A stretch of 64,000 nt of DNA from Stutzerimonas stutzeri (GCA_024451105.1 JANGEY010000010.1:13006-77005); one strand, 5' to 3'. Shown: positions 9,582 through 24,935, counted from the stretch's first letter. A program made the numbers and translations. The notes: generated by a model from the sequence alone, not told the origin.

Positions 9582-9603
9582 AAACCCGGCCAGAGCCGGG
9601 TTT
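9582..9603 (-). terminator. probable rpoS transcription terminator/attenuator hairpin
   Basis: Perfect 9-10 bp stem AAACCCGGC-CAGA-GCCGGGTTT lies 44 nt after the rpoS stop. The 3' tail is only moderately U-rich (UUGUUGGGGUU). Confidence 0.45.
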
Positions 9604-9646
9604 CGCGTGGAGAATCGAACGCTGATCGACAGCGGAAGCCGCGCAC

Positions 9647-10654
9647 TCACTGGAACAGGGCGTCGCTGGACAATCCGTTGTTTTCCAGAATCTCGCGCAG
9701 ACGCTTGAGCGCCTCGACCTGGATCTGCCGCACCCGCTCGCGGGTCAGACCGATCTCCCGGCCCACTTCCTCGAGGGTGCAGCTCTCGTGCCCGCGCAGG
9801 CCGAAGCGGCGGATCACCACCTCGCGCTGCTTCTCGGTCAGATCCGAAAGCCACTGGTCGATGCTGTGGCTGAGATCTTCGTCCTGCAGCAGTTCGCAGG
9901 GATCGGTGGGATGGTCGTCGGTAAGGGTGTCCAGCAGGGTCTTGTCCGAGTCCGGACCGAGCGCCACGTCCACCGAGGTCACCCGCTCGTTCAGGCCGAG
10001 CATGCGCTTGACCTCGGCCACCGGCTTCTCCAGCAGCAGGGCGATTTCCTCGGCAGTCGGCTCGTGGTCGAGCTTCTGGGTCAGCTCCCGCGCCGCACGC
10101 AGGTAGACGTTGAGTTCCTTGACCACGTGGATCGGCAGGCGGATGGTGCGGGTCTGGTTCATGATCGCCCGCTCGATGGTCTGGCGGATCCACCAGGTGG
10201 CGTAGGTGGAGAAACGGAAGCCGCGTTCGGGGTCGAACTTCTCCACCGCCCGGATCAGACCCAGGTTGCCCTCCTCGATCAGGTCGAGCAGGGTCAGTCC
10301 GCGATTGACGTAGCGCCTGGCGATCTTCACCACCAGGCGCAGATTGCTCTCGATCATCCGCTTGCGCCCGGCGGCCTCGCCGCGACGGGCCATGCGTGCG
10401 TAGTGGACCTCCTCCTCGGGACTGAGCAAGGGGGAGAAGCCGATCTCGTTGAGGTACAGCTGGGTGGCATCGAGCGCGCGACTGTAGTCGACGAACTTGT
10501 GCTGACGTCCCGCGCCGACACCGACCGCGCCAGCGAATGCCTCTCCACCGCCCTCGTCCATCTCGGACGCGAGCATCTCCGGAGCGACGTCTATCTCCAG
10601 CAGGAGTACCCCATCGTCGCTGTCAAACTCCGGCGTTGTTTTTGTAATGGCCAT
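9647..10654 (-). CDS. rpoS: RNA polymerase sigma factor RpoS (sigma-38)
   Basis: 335 aa, near-identical in conserved regions to Pseudomonas RpoS ([25 protein letters not shown]..., [22 protein letters not shown]...). Start at [11 protein letters not shown], not at the upstream in-frame extension. Confidence 0.95.
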   Translation of the reverse strand: MAITKTTPEFDSDDGVLLLEIDVAPEMLASEMDEGGGEAFAGAVGVGAGRQHKFVDYSRALDATQLYLNEIGFSPLLSPEEEVHYARMARRGEAAGRKRMIESNLRLVVKIARRYVNRGLTLLDLIEEGNLGLIRAVEKFDPERGFRFSTYATWWIRQTIERAIMNQTRTIRLPIHVVKELNVYLRAARELTQKLDHEPTAEEIALLLEKPVAEVKRMLGLNERVTSVDVALGPDSDKTLLDTLTDDHPTDPCELLQDEDLSHSIDQWLSDLTEKQREVVIRRFGLRGHESCTLEEVGREIGLTRERVRQIQVEALKRLREILENNGLSSDALFQ

Positions 10655-10754
10655 CGTTTCTGTCCCTTTGCTGGTTCGATAACAGGCCCGGCGGCAGCCT
10701 CGGCTGCTCGGCACGGTGACCCGTCTACTCACGCTATCGGCAAAGGGTGACAGT

Positions 10755-11597
10755 TCAACGTCGCGGCAGATACTGCAGCGGGTCGACTGGTTTGCCCTGT
10801 CGGCGAATCTCGAAATGCAGTTTCACCCGATCGGTCCCTGTCGCCCCCATCTCGGCAATCGTCTGGCCGGCCTTGACCTGCTGCCCCTCCCGAACCAGTA
10901 GCCTGCGATTATGACCGTAGGCACTGACGTAAGTGTCGCTATGCTTGATGATAACGAGCTCGCCGTATCCCCTGAGTCCACTTCCGGCGTACACCACACT
11001 ACCGGCAGACGCCGCCATTACAGGCTGGCCCAATTCTCCGGCTATATCAATGCCTTTGTTCAAACTGCTGTTTGACGAAAACAGCGCGATCACCTGCCCC
11101 TCGGCCGGCCATGTCCAGCCCCCGGCAGACACGAGCGGCGTGGCCGGCTTGCCGGCAACGGGGGGAGCGGCCACCGCCGCCTGGGCTCGCGCTGCGCCGG
11201 TCGCCGGCGGCGTCACTGCCGTCGAAGCGGCAGGCGCTCGAGTCGCCGCCACGACCGGCCCTGCCCCTGAGAAGCGGATCACCTGACCGACCCGGATGGT
11301 GTAGGGGGCAGGGATGCCGTTGTGCTGGGCAAGCGCCCGCCAGTCCCAGCCGTGGCGGGTAGCGATCGAGTAGAGGGTGTCGCCGCGGGCTACCCGGTAC
11401 TGACCCTGGGTGACCGGCTGGCGCGCCGTCGCGGCGACCGTGCGGCTGTCCAGGCTTTCGCTGGTTCCGCTGGAGGTCGCACAACCGCCCAGCCCCCCGA
11501 GCAGCAGCGCCAGCCCCAGCGCCGCCAGCGGATGGCGGAGCGCCAAAGCCGCCGGACGAGCGCCGCGCTCATGTCTGCCGATAGCCTTGCTCGCCAT
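10755..11597 (-). CDS. nlpD: murein hydrolase activator lipoprotein NlpD (LysM + M23 peptidase domain)
   Basis: Lipobox LGGC, a LysM motif ([17 protein letters not shown]) and a C-terminal M23 domain. SD AGGAGG is present. The gene lies immediately upstream of rpoS, as is universal. Confidence 0.9.
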   Translation of the reverse strand: MASKAIGRHERGARPAALALRHPLAALGLALLLGGLGGCATSSGTSESLDSRTVAATARQPVTQGQYRVARGDTLYSIATRHGWDWRALAQHNGIPAPYTIRVGQVIRFSGAGPVVAATRAPAASTAVTPPATGAARAQAAVAAPPVAGKPATPLVSAGGWTWPAEGQVIALFSSNSSLNKGIDIAGELGQPVMAASAGSVVYAGSGLRGYGELVIIKHSDTYVSAYGHNRRLLVREGQQVKAGQTIAEMGATGTDRVKLHFEIRRQGKPVDPLQYLPRR

Positions 11598-11598
11598 C

Positions 11599-12537
11599 TC
11601 AGGCCTCCTGTCCGGACTGACGCTGCTGCCGCCTGGCCACCCACTCCAGCCCCAGCACCAGCCCGACGCCGCCCAGCGCCAGCAGAACGGCCAGCAGCAG
11701 CTGCGGGTCCTGGCCGGTCAGCTCGGCATAACCGCCGGGCAGCAGGTTGCTCTGCTGCAGCGGCTGCAGTTCGCCGTGACGGTCGGTGCGCCAGGTCAGG
11801 GTCTCCTTCCATGGCCAGACCTTGTTCAGCGAGCCGAGCATCAGGCCGGCAAGGAAGGCCAGGGTCAGGTTGCGCAGATGGCCGAGCAGCCAGCTGAGCA
11901 GGCGGGCGAAGCTCAGCAGCCCGCAGACGCAGCCAGCGGCGAACACCGACAGCACCGCCAGATCGAGCCCCTTGACCGCATCGAGGACGAAACCGTAAAG
12001 CCCCATCAGCACCAGCAGGAAACTGCCGGAAATGCCTGGCAGGATCATCGCGCAGATGGCGATGGCGCCGGCGAAGAACAAGCTCAGCGGATCGTGCCCC
12101 CACTGCATGGGCGCGGCCACGGTGATCCACCAGGCGAACAGCACACCGAGGGCGAAACTCAGCCAGGTCGGCCAGTTCCAGCGGCGGATCTCGCGACCGA
12201 CCAGCCAGGTGGAGACCACGATCAGCCCGAAGAAGAACGACCAGATGGCGATGGGCTGGTGCTCGAGCAGCCAGGTGATCAGCCGCGCCAGACTGAAGAT
12301 GCTGGTGAGGATGCCAGCGAACAGCACCAGCAGGAAGGTGCCGTTGGCGACCTGCCAGGCCTGGCGCGGTCGGCGGCGCAGCAGCTCGCGCAGCGCCGCC
12401 GGCACGCTGGCGATCGAGCGCAACAGTTCGTCGTAGATGCCACTGATGAAGGCGATGGTGCCGCCGGAAACTCCGGGGACCACATCGGCCGCGCCCATGG
12501 CCATGCCCTTGGCGAACAGCAGGAAAGGATTTTGCAT
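11599..12537 (-). CDS. DUF368-family integral membrane protein
   Basis: 312-aa polytopic membrane protein inserted between pcm and nlpD. Confidence 0.75.
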   Translation of the reverse strand: MQNPFLLFAKGMAMGAADVVPGVSGGTIAFISGIYDELLRSIASVPAALRELLRRRPRQAWQVANGTFLLVLFAGILTSIFSLARLITWLLEHQPIAIWSFFFGLIVVSTWLVGREIRRWNWPTWLSFALGVLFAWWITVAAPMQWGHDPLSLFFAGAIAICAMILPGISGSFLLVLMGLYGFVLDAVKGLDLAVLSVFAAGCVCGLLSFARLLSWLLGHLRNLTLAFLAGLMLGSLNKVWPWKETLTWRTDRHGELQPLQQSNLLPGGYAELTGQDPQLLLAVLLALGGVGLVLGLEWVARRQQRQSGQEA

Positions 12538-12568
12538 CGTTTTTTCCGTAAAACAGAGGGAGTGCGAC

Positions 12569-13204
12569 TCAGAATATCGAACCGCTCAGCAGCGGGACGA
12601 AGCGCACCGAATCCAGGACCTGGCGACTGAAACCGGCGCCCTCGCGGACGATCAGCATCAGTTGCTGCTCGTCGCCACTGCCGACCGGAATCACCAGGCG
12701 GCCGCCGGGCGCCAGTTGGTCGAGCAGGGCCTGAGGTACCTGGGCGGCAGCGGCGGTGACGATGATGCCGTTGTACGGCGCCAGCGCCGGCCAGCCTTCC
12801 CAGCCATCGCCCCAGCGGAAGACCACATTGCGCAGGTTGAGTTCGAGCAGACGCTCCTTGGCGCGGTCCTGCAGCGACTGGATGCGCTCCACCGAGAACA
12901 CCCGCTCGACCAGTTGGGCCAGCACCGCGGTCTGGTAGCCGGAGCCGGTACCGATCTCCATGACCTTGTCCAGCGGCCCGCCGGCCAGCAGCAGCTCGGT
13001 CATCCGCGCGACCATGAATGGCTGGGAGATGGTCTGGTTGTGGCCAATCGGCAGCGCGGTGTCCTCGTAGGCGCGGTGCGCCAGCGCCTCGTCGACGAAC
13101 AGGTGACGCGGGGTGCGGCGGATCACCTCGAGCACCTCGGCATTGGACAGCCCCTCCTCGTACAGGCGCTGGATCAGCCGCTCGCGGGTACGCTGGGAGG
13201 TCAT
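12569..13204 (-). CDS. pcm: protein-L-isoaspartate O-methyltransferase
   Basis: 211 aa with the SAM-binding motif [16 protein letters not shown] and conserved ISQPFMVA. Confidence 0.95.
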   Translation of the reverse strand: MTSQRTRERLIQRLYEEGLSNAEVLEVIRRTPRHLFVDEALAHRAYEDTALPIGHNQTISQPFMVARMTELLLAGGPLDKVMEIGTGSGYQTAVLAQLVERVFSVERIQSLQDRAKERLLELNLRNVVFRWGDGWEGWPALAPYNGIIVTAAAAQVPQALLDQLAPGGRLVIPVGSGDEQQLMLIVREGAGFSRQVLDSVRFVPLLSGSIF

Positions 13205-13236
13205 GCCGATCCCTCGGCGCTGCAGGTCGTCCCTTA

Positions 13237-13983
13237 TCACAGCAGGTTCTCCAGAATGCTCAGACCGCGGAAGGCTTCGTGGAAGGTGCGGTCCAGCTGC
13301 AGCGGGGTGATCGACACGTAGCCCTGCATCACCGCGTGGAAATCGGTACCCGGCCCGCCGTCCTCGGCATCGCCGGCCACCGAGATCCAGTAGCCTTCCT
13401 TGCCGCGCGGGTTGACCGACTTGACCGGCGCCGCAGCGCGCGCCCGATGGCCGAGACGGGTCAGCTGTACGCCGCGGATGCGCTCCAGCGGCAGGTTGGG
13501 AATGTTGACGTTGAGCACGGTGCGCGGCGGCAGCTCGAGCCTGTCGTGCGCCTCGACCAACCGCCGGGCGATGTGTGCGGCCGCCGGCAGGTTGTCCGGC
13601 TGGCGCGACAGCAGCGAGAAGGCGAACGCCGGCTTGTCGAGGAAGCGGCCTTCCAGGGCCGCCGCCACGGTGCCGGAGTACAGCACGTCGTCGCCCAGGT
13701 TGGCACCGAGGTTGATACCCGACACCACCATGTCCGGGGTGTGCTCGAGCAGGCCGTTGAGTCCCAGGTGCACGCAGTCGGTGGGCGTGCCGTTGATGCT
13801 GATGAAGCCGTTGTCCAGGCGCTGCGGATGCAGCGGCCGATCGAGGGTCAACGAACTGCTGGCGCCGCTGCGGTCGGCATCCGGGGCGATCACCACGCAC
13901 TCGGCGTAGTCGGCCAGCGCTGCGTGCAGCGCAACTATCCCGGGGGCGTATACGCCGTCGTCGTTGGCGATCAATAAGCGCAT
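13237..13983 (-). CDS. surE: 5'/3'-nucleotidase SurE
   Basis: 248 aa starting [16 protein letters not shown], with the DDG motif. It overlaps the truD 3' end by 13 nt. Confidence 0.95.
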   Translation of the reverse strand: MRLLIANDDGVYAPGIVALHAALADYAECVVIAPDADRSGASSSLTLDRPLHPQRLDNGFISINGTPTDCVHLGLNGLLEHTPDMVVSGINLGANLGDDVLYSGTVAAALEGRFLDKPAFAFSLLSRQPDNLPAAAHIARRLVEAHDRLELPPRTVLNVNIPNLPLERIRGVQLTRLGHRARAAAPVKSVNPRGKEGYWISVAGDAEDGGPGTDFHAVMQGYVSITPLQLDRTFHEAFRGLSILENLL

Positions 13984-15041
13984 GGGGTTTCCGTAGTTTC
14001 GCTCGGCATCAGCCGGACGAGCTCGCGCACCACCACGGTGGCGAAGCAGCCGGCCGGCAGGACGAACTCCAGTTGCAGGGTATCGGTGGCGGGATAATGC
14101 CACGTCAGCCCGCCGATGGGGAGGCGCAGGATGCGCCGCTCCTGTTGCAGGTCGGCATTTGCCAGCCAGTTCACCAGCACCGCCTGCTCGACCTGCAGCT
14201 GCATCTCCAGCGCCCGTGGCGCGCCTTCCGTTTCCAGCTCGCCGACGCCGAACAGCGGCCCGCTGGGATGCAGGTCCAGCGCAGCCAGGCGCGGGTCGCT
14301 GCACTCGGCCTCGCCGGCAAGGAAATGGCTGCGGCTGTCGGTGAAGGCCAGCCGGTCGCCGGGCAGCGCGCGGTTCCAACAGCCTTCGGCGACCCGCGCA
14401 GCCAGCACGCGATTGAACAGGTAGCTGCGCGCCGCCGAGAGCACCCGCGAGCGGCGGTTGCGCTGCTCGGGCAGGCTGCCCAGTCCGGCCCAGTGGTGCG
14501 CCTCGTGCAGGTTGCCGCCGTCGAAGCCGAAGCGCTGCAGGCCGAAGTAGTTGGGCACGCCGCCGCCGGCGATCTGCCGCAGGCGCGACTCCAGCGCCGC
14601 GCGGTCGGCCTGCAGGGCGGTCAGGCGGATGACGAAGCCGTTGGCCGCATGGGCGCCGCGCTGCAGCTTGCGCGAATGGCGGGTGCGCTCGAGGATGCAC
14701 AGGTCGTCGCCCTCGGCGGCAGAGAGGTCGGGGTCGGCCTTGCCCGGCAGGTGCAGGCTGAACCACTGGCGGGTCAGCGCCTGGCGGTCCTTGAGACCGG
14801 CGTAGCTGATCGCCCTGGCCGGCACCCCGGCGGCGCGGGCGATGCGCCGCGCCGCGTCCTCGGTGTTGAGATTGCGCTTCTCCACCCACAGCCACAGATG
14901 CTCGCCGGCTCCGGACAGCGGGATATCGAGCACCTCGTTGACCTGGAAGTCCTCGGCGCTGTGCTTGAGCACCGCCGTGCCGCACGGCTCGCCCCAGGCG
15001 GTCGGCCCGAGCAGGGCCGGTTCGTCGAGCACGGCACTCAT
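13971..15041 (-). CDS. truD: tRNA pseudouridine(13) synthase TruD
   Basis: 356 aa of the TruD family ([24 protein letters not shown]). The position between ispF and surE is conserved. Confidence 0.9.
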   Translation of the reverse strand: MSAVLDEPALLGPTAWGEPCGTAVLKHSAEDFQVNEVLDIPLSGAGEHLWLWVEKRNLNTEDAARRIARAAGVPARAISYAGLKDRQALTRQWFSLHLPGKADPDLSAAEGDDLCILERTRHSRKLQRGAHAANGFVIRLTALQADRAALESRLRQIAGGGVPNYFGLQRFGFDGGNLHEAHHWAGLGSLPEQRNRRSRVLSAARSYLFNRVLAARVAEGCWNRALPGDRLAFTDSRSHFLAGEAECSDPRLAALDLHPSGPLFGVGELETEGAPRALEMQLQVEQAVLVNWLANADLQQERRILRLPIGGLTWHYPATDTLQLEFVLPAGCFATVVVRELVRLMPSETTETPCAY

Positions 15042-15511
15042 CGCGGCAGCAGCAGGGCCACCGCATGCACGGCGATGCCCTCCTCGCGACCGGCGAAGCC
15101 GAGCTTCTCGGTGGTGGTGGCCTTGACGTTGACCTGATCCGGCTCGACCTGCAGGTCGGCGGCGATGTGCGCGCGCATGCTCTCGATATGCGGGGCCATC
15201 TTCGGCGCCTGGGCGACGATGGTGGCGTCGACGTTGCCGACCCGCCAGCCCTTGTCCTGCACCAGGGCGACCACGTGGCGCAGCAGCACGCGGCTGTCGG
15301 CCCCCTTGAACTGCGGGTCGCTGTCCGGGAAGTGCCGACCGATGTCGCCGAGCGCCGCGGCTCCGAGCAGCGCGTCGCTCAGCGCGTGCAGCAGCACGTC
15401 GCCGTCGGAGTGGGCAACCAGCCCGAACTTGTGGGGAATACGCACACCGCCGAGGGTGATGAACTCGCCCTCGCCGAAGCGGTGCACGTCGTAGCCGTGG
15501 CCGATACGCAT
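15038..15511 (-). CDS. ispF: 2-C-methyl-D-erythritol 2,4-cyclodiphosphate synthase
   Basis: 157 aa starting [12 protein letters not shown], with ...HSDGDV... conserved. Confidence 0.95.
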   Translation of the reverse strand: MRIGHGYDVHRFGEGEFITLGGVRIPHKFGLVAHSDGDVLLHALSDALLGAAALGDIGRHFPDSDPQFKGADSRVLLRHVVALVQDKGWRVGNVDATIVAQAPKMAPHIESMRAHIAADLQVEPDQVNVKATTTEKLGFAGREEGIAVHAVALLLPR

Positions 15512-15512
15512 G

Positions 15513-15540
15513 GAAAAACGCCCTGAAGGAATTCAGGGCG
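15513..15540 (-). terminator. rho-independent terminator of frmB, abutting the ispF start codon
   Basis: 9-bp stem CGCCCTGAA/TTCAGGGCG with GGAA loop, followed on the minus strand by UUUUUCC and then immediately the ispF ATG (15511). Confidence 0.6.
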
Positions 15541-15573
15541 CGATTCTACAGGACTGGCCGGCCGCCAGGCGCG

Positions 15574-16419
15574 TCAGCCGTGCAACGCCGCCGCATGATG
15601 GCGCAGGTGGTCGTCGATGAAGCTGGCGATGAAGTAGTAGCTGTGGTCGTAACCCGGCTGCAGGCGCAGGGTCAGCGGATGGCCGACTGCCGCCGCTGTG
15701 GCGCGCAGCACCTCGGGCTTGAGCTGCACCTCGAGGAAGCTGTCGGCCTCGCCCTGGTCGACCAGCAGCGGCAGGCGTTCGCGGGCCGCGATCAGCAGGG
15801 CGCAGGTGTCCCACTCGCGCCAGGCGTCGCGATCCTCGCCCAGATAGCGGGAGAAGGCCTTCTCGCCCCACGGGCAGGCGCTCGGATTGCTGATCGGCGC
15901 GAAGGCCGATACCGAGCGGTAACGCCCCGGATTGCGCAGGGCGCAGACCAGCGCGCCATGCCCGCCCATCGAGTGGCCGCTGATGCTGCGCCGGTCGCTG
16001 ACCGGGAAGTTCGCCTCGACCAGCGCCGGCAGCTCGAGCACCACGTAGTCGTGCATCTGGTAGTGCTGCGCCCAGGGCTGCCGGGTGGCATTCAGGTAGA
16101 AGCCGGCGCCGAGGCCGAAGTCCCAGGCACCATCCGGATCGCCCGGCACATCCGGCCCGCGCGGGCTGGTGTCCGGCGCCACCAGCACCAGCCCCAGCTC
16201 GGCGGCCAGGCGCTGGGCGCCGGCCTTCTGCATGAAGTTCTCGTCGCTACAGGTCAGGCCGCTCAGCCAGTACAGCACCGGCAGTTGCGCGCCATCCTGC
16301 GCCTGCGGCGGCAGGTAGACGGCGAACGTCATGTCGCACTTGAGGGTGGCCGAGTGGTGACGGTAGCGGTTGTGCCAGCCGCCGAAGCTCTTCTGGCTGG
16401 AAAGCAGTTCGAGGCTCAT
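15574..16419 (-). CDS. frmB: S-formylglutathione hydrolase (esterase D family)
   Basis: About 281 aa with GHSMGGHGA catalytic-Ser motif and strong family similarity. The ATG at 16419 is used because the ORF-track start is TTG. Confidence 0.9.
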   Translation of the reverse strand: MSLELLSSQKSFGGWHNRYRHHSATLKCDMTFAVYLPPQAQDGAQLPVLYWLSGLTCSDENFMQKAGAQRLAAELGLVLVAPDTSPRGPDVPGDPDGAWDFGLGAGFYLNATRQPWAQHYQMHDYVVLELPALVEANFPVSDRRSISGHSMGGHGALVCALRNPGRYRSVSAFAPISNPSACPWGEKAFSRYLGEDRDAWREWDTCALLIAARERLPLLVDQGEADSFLEVQLKPEVLRATAAAVGHPLTLRLQPGYDHSYYFIASFIDDHLRHHAAALHG

Positions 16420-16503
16420 GGGCAAATCCTTGAACGATGTCCGGAAACGGCGCGCCCACGCAGGGGCGTGGGCGCGATCATCGAGGGCAGTGCGTCATCC
16501 GCG

Positions 16504-17697
<1,194 letters not shown>

Positions 17698-17731
17698 TCA
17701 GAATGGCGAGTAATCGGCCCGCGAACAAAAT

Positions 17732-17753
17732 ATTATTGCCGTACAGGGATAAT
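17732..17753. promoter_or_regulatory. LysR-type regulator binding dyad (ATTAT-N12-ATAAT) in the frmA/lysR divergent region
   Basis: ATTATtgccgtacagggATAAT lies 13 nt upstream of the lysR ATG and about 115-135 nt upstream of frmA. This is the classic T-N11-A LTTR box architecture. Confidence 0.55.
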
Positions 17754-17765
17754 CGAGGAATCGCC

Positions 17766-18662
17766 ATGCACCGCTGGGAAGGTCTCGACGAATTCGTCGC
17801 CGTCGCCGAGTGCGGCCAGTTCACCGCCGCCGCCGAACGCCTCGGCGTGTCCTCCTCGCACGTCAGCCGCCAGGTCGCCCGCCTCGAGGAATGCCTGCAG
17901 ACCCGCCTGCTGTATCGCAGCACCCGCAAGGTCAGCCTGACCGAGGCCGGGCAGACCTTCCTGCAGCACTGCCGCAACCTGATCGACGCCCGCGACGAGG
18001 CCTGGCGCGCGGTCAGCGACCTGTCCGCCGAGCCCAAGGGGCTGCTGCGCATGACCTGCGCGGTGGCCTACGGCGAGCGCTTCGTGGTACCGCTGGTCAA
18101 TGCGTTCATGGCGCTGCATCCGCAGCTCAGCGTCGACATACAGCTGACCAACCGCCCGCTCGACCTGCTCCACGAGGGCCTCGACCTGGCCATCCGCCTC
18201 GGCCGCCTGGGCGACGAGCGCCTGGTGGCCACCCGCCTGGCGCCGCGCGAGATGTACCTGTGCGCCGCGCCCGCCTACCTGGCACGTGCCGGCACGCCGC
18301 AGAGCCTCGCCGAGCTGGCGCGGCACAACTGCCTGGTCGGCAGCAGTGACCTATGGAGCTTCGCCGAGGGTGACGGGGAAACCCAGCTGCGCGTACAGGG
18401 CAACTGGCGCTGCAACAGCGGTACGGCAGTGCTCGACGCCGCCCTGCGCGGCTTCGGCCTGTGCCAGCTGCCCGACTACTACGTGCAGGAGCATCTGCAG
18501 AGCGGCGCGCTGGTCGCCCTGCTGGACGACCGGCGCCCACCGAACACCGCGGTGTGGGCGCTGCATCCGCCGCAGCGCAACCTGTCGCCCAAGGTGCGCC
18601 AGCTGGTGGACTTCCTCCGGCAGCGCCTCGGCGAACTGCCGGAGTACCGCGACGCCGGCTGA
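17766..18662 (+). CDS. LysR-family transcriptional regulator (likely formaldehyde-detox locus regulator, GfnR-like)
   Basis: N-terminal HTH (FVAVAECGQFTAAAERLGVSSSHVSRQVARLE) and a C-terminal LysR substrate-binding domain. It is divergent from frmA-frmB. Confidence 0.85.
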   Translation: MHRWEGLDEFVAVAECGQFTAAAERLGVSSSHVSRQVARLEECLQTRLLYRSTRKVSLTEAGQTFLQHCRNLIDARDEAWRAVSDLSAEPKGLLRMTCAVAYGERFVVPLVNAFMALHPQLSVDIQLTNRPLDLLHEGLDLAIRLGRLGDERLVATRLAPREMYLCAAPAYLARAGTPQSLAELARHNCLVGSSDLWSFAEGDGETQLRVQGNWRCNSGTAVLDAALRGFGLCQLPDYYVQEHLQSGALVALLDDRRPPNTAVWALHPPQRNLSPKVRQLVDFLRQRLGELPEYRDAG

Positions 18663-18667
18663 TCCCG

Positions 18668-19372
18668 TCACTGCGCCTGCTGCACCTGACGCTCCAGCTC
18701 GCTGCGCAGCGCCGGATCCAGGCGCAGCTGGCGGGCCAGCTCGTCGAGGTAGGCGCGCTCCATGAAGTTCTGCTCGTCGACCAGCAGCAGGCTGGCCAGG
18801 TACATCTCGGCAGCCATCTCCGGGGTCTGCGCGGCGCGCGCCACCGCCGCCGGGTCGAGCGGCTGATGCAGTTCGGCATCGATCCACTGCAGCAGCTGCG
18901 GATCGCCGCTGAGCTTGGCCACCTCGGCGTCGATCAGTTCGCGCTCGCGCGCGTCGATATGCCCGTCGGCCTTGGCCGCGGCGATCAGCGCACGCAGGAT
19001 CGCATGGCTGTGCTGCTCGGCCTGCGGCGGCGGCAGGCGGTCGACGGTCTGCGGCGCGGCCGCGGCCGGGGCGCCCTGCTGCTGTTGCCAGTTGCCATAG
19101 GCCTTGTAGGCCATCACTCCGAGCGCGGCCAGACCGCCGTAGGTCAGTGCCTTGCCGCCGTACTTGCGCGCCTTCTTGTTGCCCAGCAGCAGGCCGATGG
19201 CGCCGGCGGCCAGCGCGCCGCCGGTGGCGCCGGAGAGCAGGCTGCCGAGGCCGCTGTCCTTGCCGGCCGGACGTTCGTCCTTGTGCGGTTTAGCTTGGTT
19301 GCCGGCGTTGCCGAGCAGGCCGGGGGCGGCCTTGAGCAGCTGGTCGAGCAGACTGCGGGTATCCATGTTCAC
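18668..19372 (-). CDS. DUF533/YebE-like inner-membrane protein with C-terminal TerB-like domain
   Basis: 234 aa with a Gly-zipper hydrophobic N-terminal region, a Gln/Ala/Pro linker and a TerB-like C-terminal helical domain (AILRALIAAAKADGHIDARERELI...). Confidence 0.75.
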   Translation of the reverse strand: MNMDTRSLLDQLLKAAPGLLGNAGNQAKPHKDERPAGKDSGLGSLLSGATGGALAAGAIGLLLGNKKARKYGGKALTYGGLAALGVMAYKAYGNWQQQQGAPAAAAPQTVDRLPPPQAEQHSHAILRALIAAAKADGHIDARERELIDAEVAKLSGDPQLLQWIDAELHQPLDPAAVARAAQTPEMAAEMYLASLLLVDEQNFMERAYLDELARQLRLDPALRSELERQVQQAQ

Positions 19373-19445
19373 GCTCCTGTGGGGGTATTCCTGAAAGTGA
19401 GGGAAACCGCGACCGGGACACGTGCCGGCCGCGGCTGACGGGCGC

Positions 19446-22398
<2,953 letters not shown>

Positions 22399-22528
22399 CG
22401 GGTCGGTCGGCTCGGAAACGAAGCCGGCAAGCATACAGCAATGCGCGAAGCGCTGCGGTCGGGATCGGGCCGCGCCGGGTTTGCTGGTAACTTATGCCCA
22501 TCCTCAGCTTCCGCGACAAGGAACCGCC

Positions 22529-23278
22529 ATGAGCCGCCTGCTCCTCAACTGCGACATCGGCGAAAGCTTCGGCGCCTGGACCATGGGCCTCGACGCCGAG
22601 GTCATGCCGCACATCGACTGCGCCAACATCGCCTGCGGCTTCCACGCCGGCGACCCCTCGACCATGCGCCGCACCGTGGCGCTGGCGGTGCAGCACGAGG
22701 TGCGCATCGGCGCCCACCCCGCCTATCCCGACCTGGTCGGCTTCGGCCGCCGCTCGCTGGCCTGCAGCGCGCAGGAAGTCGAGGACATGCTGCTCTACCA
22801 GATCGGCGCGCTGGACGGCATCTGCCGCGCCGAGGGCAGCCGGGTCGGCTACGTCAAGCCGCACGGCGCGCTGTACAACGACATGATGCGCCAGCCCGAA
22901 CTGCTGCGCGCGGTGCTGCGCGCGGTGCGCCTGTACGATCCTTCCCTGCCGCTGATGCTGATGTCGGTGCGCGACAACCGCGCCGCCGAGGCGCTGGCCG
23001 CCGAAGAGGGTCTCTCGCTGTGGTTCGAGACCTTCGCCGACCGTGCCTACGACGGCGACGGCTTCCTGCTGCCGCGCAGCCAGCCCGGCGCGGTGCATCA
23101 CGACAGCGCGCAGGTGATCGCCCAGGCGCTGGCATTGGCCGGCGGCCAGCCGCTGACCGCCAGCGACGGCAGCGCCCTGCTGCTGCGCGCCGACAGCCTG
23201 TGCGTACACGGCGACAACGCCGGCTCGGTGGCCGCGGTACGGCGCATCCGCGCGGCGCTGGACGGGCTGCCGGCATGA
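22529..23278 (+). CDS. pxpA: 5-oxoprolinase subunit A (LamB/YcsF family)
   Basis: [43 protein letters not shown]... is typical of PxpA. ATG at 22529. Confidence 0.85.
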   Translation: MSRLLLNCDIGESFGAWTMGLDAEVMPHIDCANIACGFHAGDPSTMRRTVALAVQHEVRIGAHPAYPDLVGFGRRSLACSAQEVEDMLLYQIGALDGICRAEGSRVGYVKPHGALYNDMMRQPELLRAVLRAVRLYDPSLPLMLMSVRDNRAAEALAAEEGLSLWFETFADRAYDGDGFLLPRSQPGAVHHDSAQVIAQALALAGGQPLTASDGSALLLRADSLCVHGDNAGSVAAVRRIRAALDGLPA

Positions 23279-23976
23279 ACCTGCGCATCGAGGTCGTCGC
23301 GGTCGACTGCCTGATGCTGCGCCTGTTCGACGCCATCGACGAGGCGCACATGCCTTGGCTGCTGGCCGCCACCCAGCGGCTGCGCGCGGCCTTCGGCGCG
23401 GCGCTGGTCGACCTGGTGCCGTCCTACACCACCCTGATGCTGCACTACGATCTCGAACGGCTCGACGACGGCCAGGCCCGCGCACTGATCCGCCAGGCGC
23501 TGCACGATCTCGAGCCGGCCAGCAGCGAAGGCACCGCCCTGCACCGCCTGCCGGTGTGGTACGACGCCGCGGTCGGCCCGGAGCTGGCGCTGCTCGCCGA
23601 GCGCAGCGGGCTGGGCGTCGCCGGGCTGATCGAGCGGCACAGCCGCCACGAATACCGGGTATTCGCGCTGGGATTCGCGCCCGGCTTCGCCTATCTGGGA
23701 CTGGTCGACCCCGCACTGGCCGCACCGCGCCTGGCCACCCCGCGGCAGCGGGTGCCCGCCGGCAGCCTGGGCATCGCCGACCGGCAGACCGCCGTATATC
23801 CCGCCGTCTCCCCCGGCGGCTGGAACCTGATCGGGCGCATGCCGATCCCGCTGTTCGACCGCGAGCAGGGCCGCAGCCTGCTGCAACCGGGCGACCGGGT
23901 GCGCTTCGAGCCGGTCGAGCGCGCCGAATTCCTCCGCCTCGGCGGCGACGACACGCCCTTCGCGGTGCAGCCATGA
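23275..23976 (+). CDS. pxpB: 5-oxoprolinase subunit B (KipI / allophanate hydrolase subunit 1 family)
   Basis: 233 aa. Its ATGA overlaps the pxpA stop. Cyclophilin-like PxpB fold motifs are present. Confidence 0.85.
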   Translation: MNLRIEVVAVDCLMLRLFDAIDEAHMPWLLAATQRLRAAFGAALVDLVPSYTTLMLHYDLERLDDGQARALIRQALHDLEPASSEGTALHRLPVWYDAAVGPELALLAERSGLGVAGLIERHSRHEYRVFALGFAPGFAYLGLVDPALAAPRLATPRQRVPAGSLGIADRQTAVYPAVSPGGWNLIGRMPIPLFDREQGRSLLQPGDRVRFEPVERAEFLRLGGDDTPFAVQP

Positions 23977-24887
23977 GCCTTGTGATCGAACGCCAGGGCC
24001 TGCTGGCCAGCCTGCAGGACGCCGGCCGCTTCGGCGTGCGCCACCTCGGCGTCGGCCAGGGCGGCGGCGCCGACTGGATCGCCCTGCGCTGGGCCAACTG
24101 GCTGCTCGGCAATACGCCGGACGCCGCGGTGATCGAGATCACCCTCGGCGGCTTCAGCCTGGTCGCCGAGCAGGACGTCTGCCTGGCCCTGTGCGGCGCC
24201 GACCTGGACGCGCGCCTCGACGACGCGCCGCTCGCCCCCTGGCGCAGCTTCGTCGTGCGCCGCGGCCAGCGCCTCAGCCTCAACCAGGCGCGCCTAGGCG
24301 TGCGCGCCTATCTGGCCGCGCCCGGCGGCTTCGTCGCGCCGCCGGTGCTGGGCAGCTGCGCCACCGTGCTCCGCGAGGGACTCGGCGGCCTGCACGGCGA
24401 CGGCCGGCCGCTGGCGGGCGGCGAGCGCCTGCACTGGCACGGCGGCTCGCCGGCGCCGCGGGCGCTACCGGCCGCGCTGATTCCCGACCTGAGCAGCCAC
24501 GCGCCGCTGGCCGTGGTGCTCGGCGCGCAGATCGGCGACTTCGCCGGGCAGAGCCTGTTCGACGCCTTCAACCGCGACTGGACGGTGGACAACCGCGCCG
24601 ACCGCATGGGCGTGCGCCTGCTCGGCCCGCGCCTGGAGTGCCGGCGCGGCGAGATGATCTCCGAGGGCATCCCGCTGGGTGCCATCCAGGTGCCGGCCGA
24701 CGGCCAGCCCATCGTCCTGCTCAACGACCGCCAGACCATCGGCGGCTACCCGCGCCTCGGCGCGCTGACGCCGCAGGCGCTGGCCCGGCTAGCGCAGTGC
24801 CCGCCCGGCGCGACGCTGCGGCTGGCGCCGCTGGGCCTGGAAGCGGCGCAGCGCCAGCAGCGGACATTGCTGGCGCACTGGCGCTGA
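23973..24887 (+). CDS. pxpC: 5-oxoprolinase subunit C (KipA / allophanate hydrolase subunit 2 family)
   Basis: 304 aa. Its ATGA overlaps the pxpB stop. Confidence 0.85.
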   Translation: MSLVIERQGLLASLQDAGRFGVRHLGVGQGGGADWIALRWANWLLGNTPDAAVIEITLGGFSLVAEQDVCLALCGADLDARLDDAPLAPWRSFVVRRGQRLSLNQARLGVRAYLAAPGGFVAPPVLGSCATVLREGLGGLHGDGRPLAGGERLHWHGGSPAPRALPAALIPDLSSHAPLAVVLGAQIGDFAGQSLFDAFNRDWTVDNRADRMGVRLLGPRLECRRGEMISEGIPLGAIQVPADGQPIVLLNDRQTIGGYPRLGALTPQALARLAQCPPGATLRLAPLGLEAAQRQQRTLLAHWR

Positions 24888-24935
24888 CGATGCAGGCGCC
24901 AGCACCTGGCGGCACCGCCCGCCGGCGCCGGGATG

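Noticed and set aside
13237-15066. 609-aa ORF extending surE upstream through truD. Similar long N-terminal extensions of pcm (12569-13900), rnd (to 8827), rpoS (to 10732), eno, accA, tilS and yaeQ.
   Set aside because: Homology with known protein N-termini and the RBS positions support the internal starts. The extensions are open-frame read-through in GC-rich DNA, and several begin at GTG/TTG without SD.
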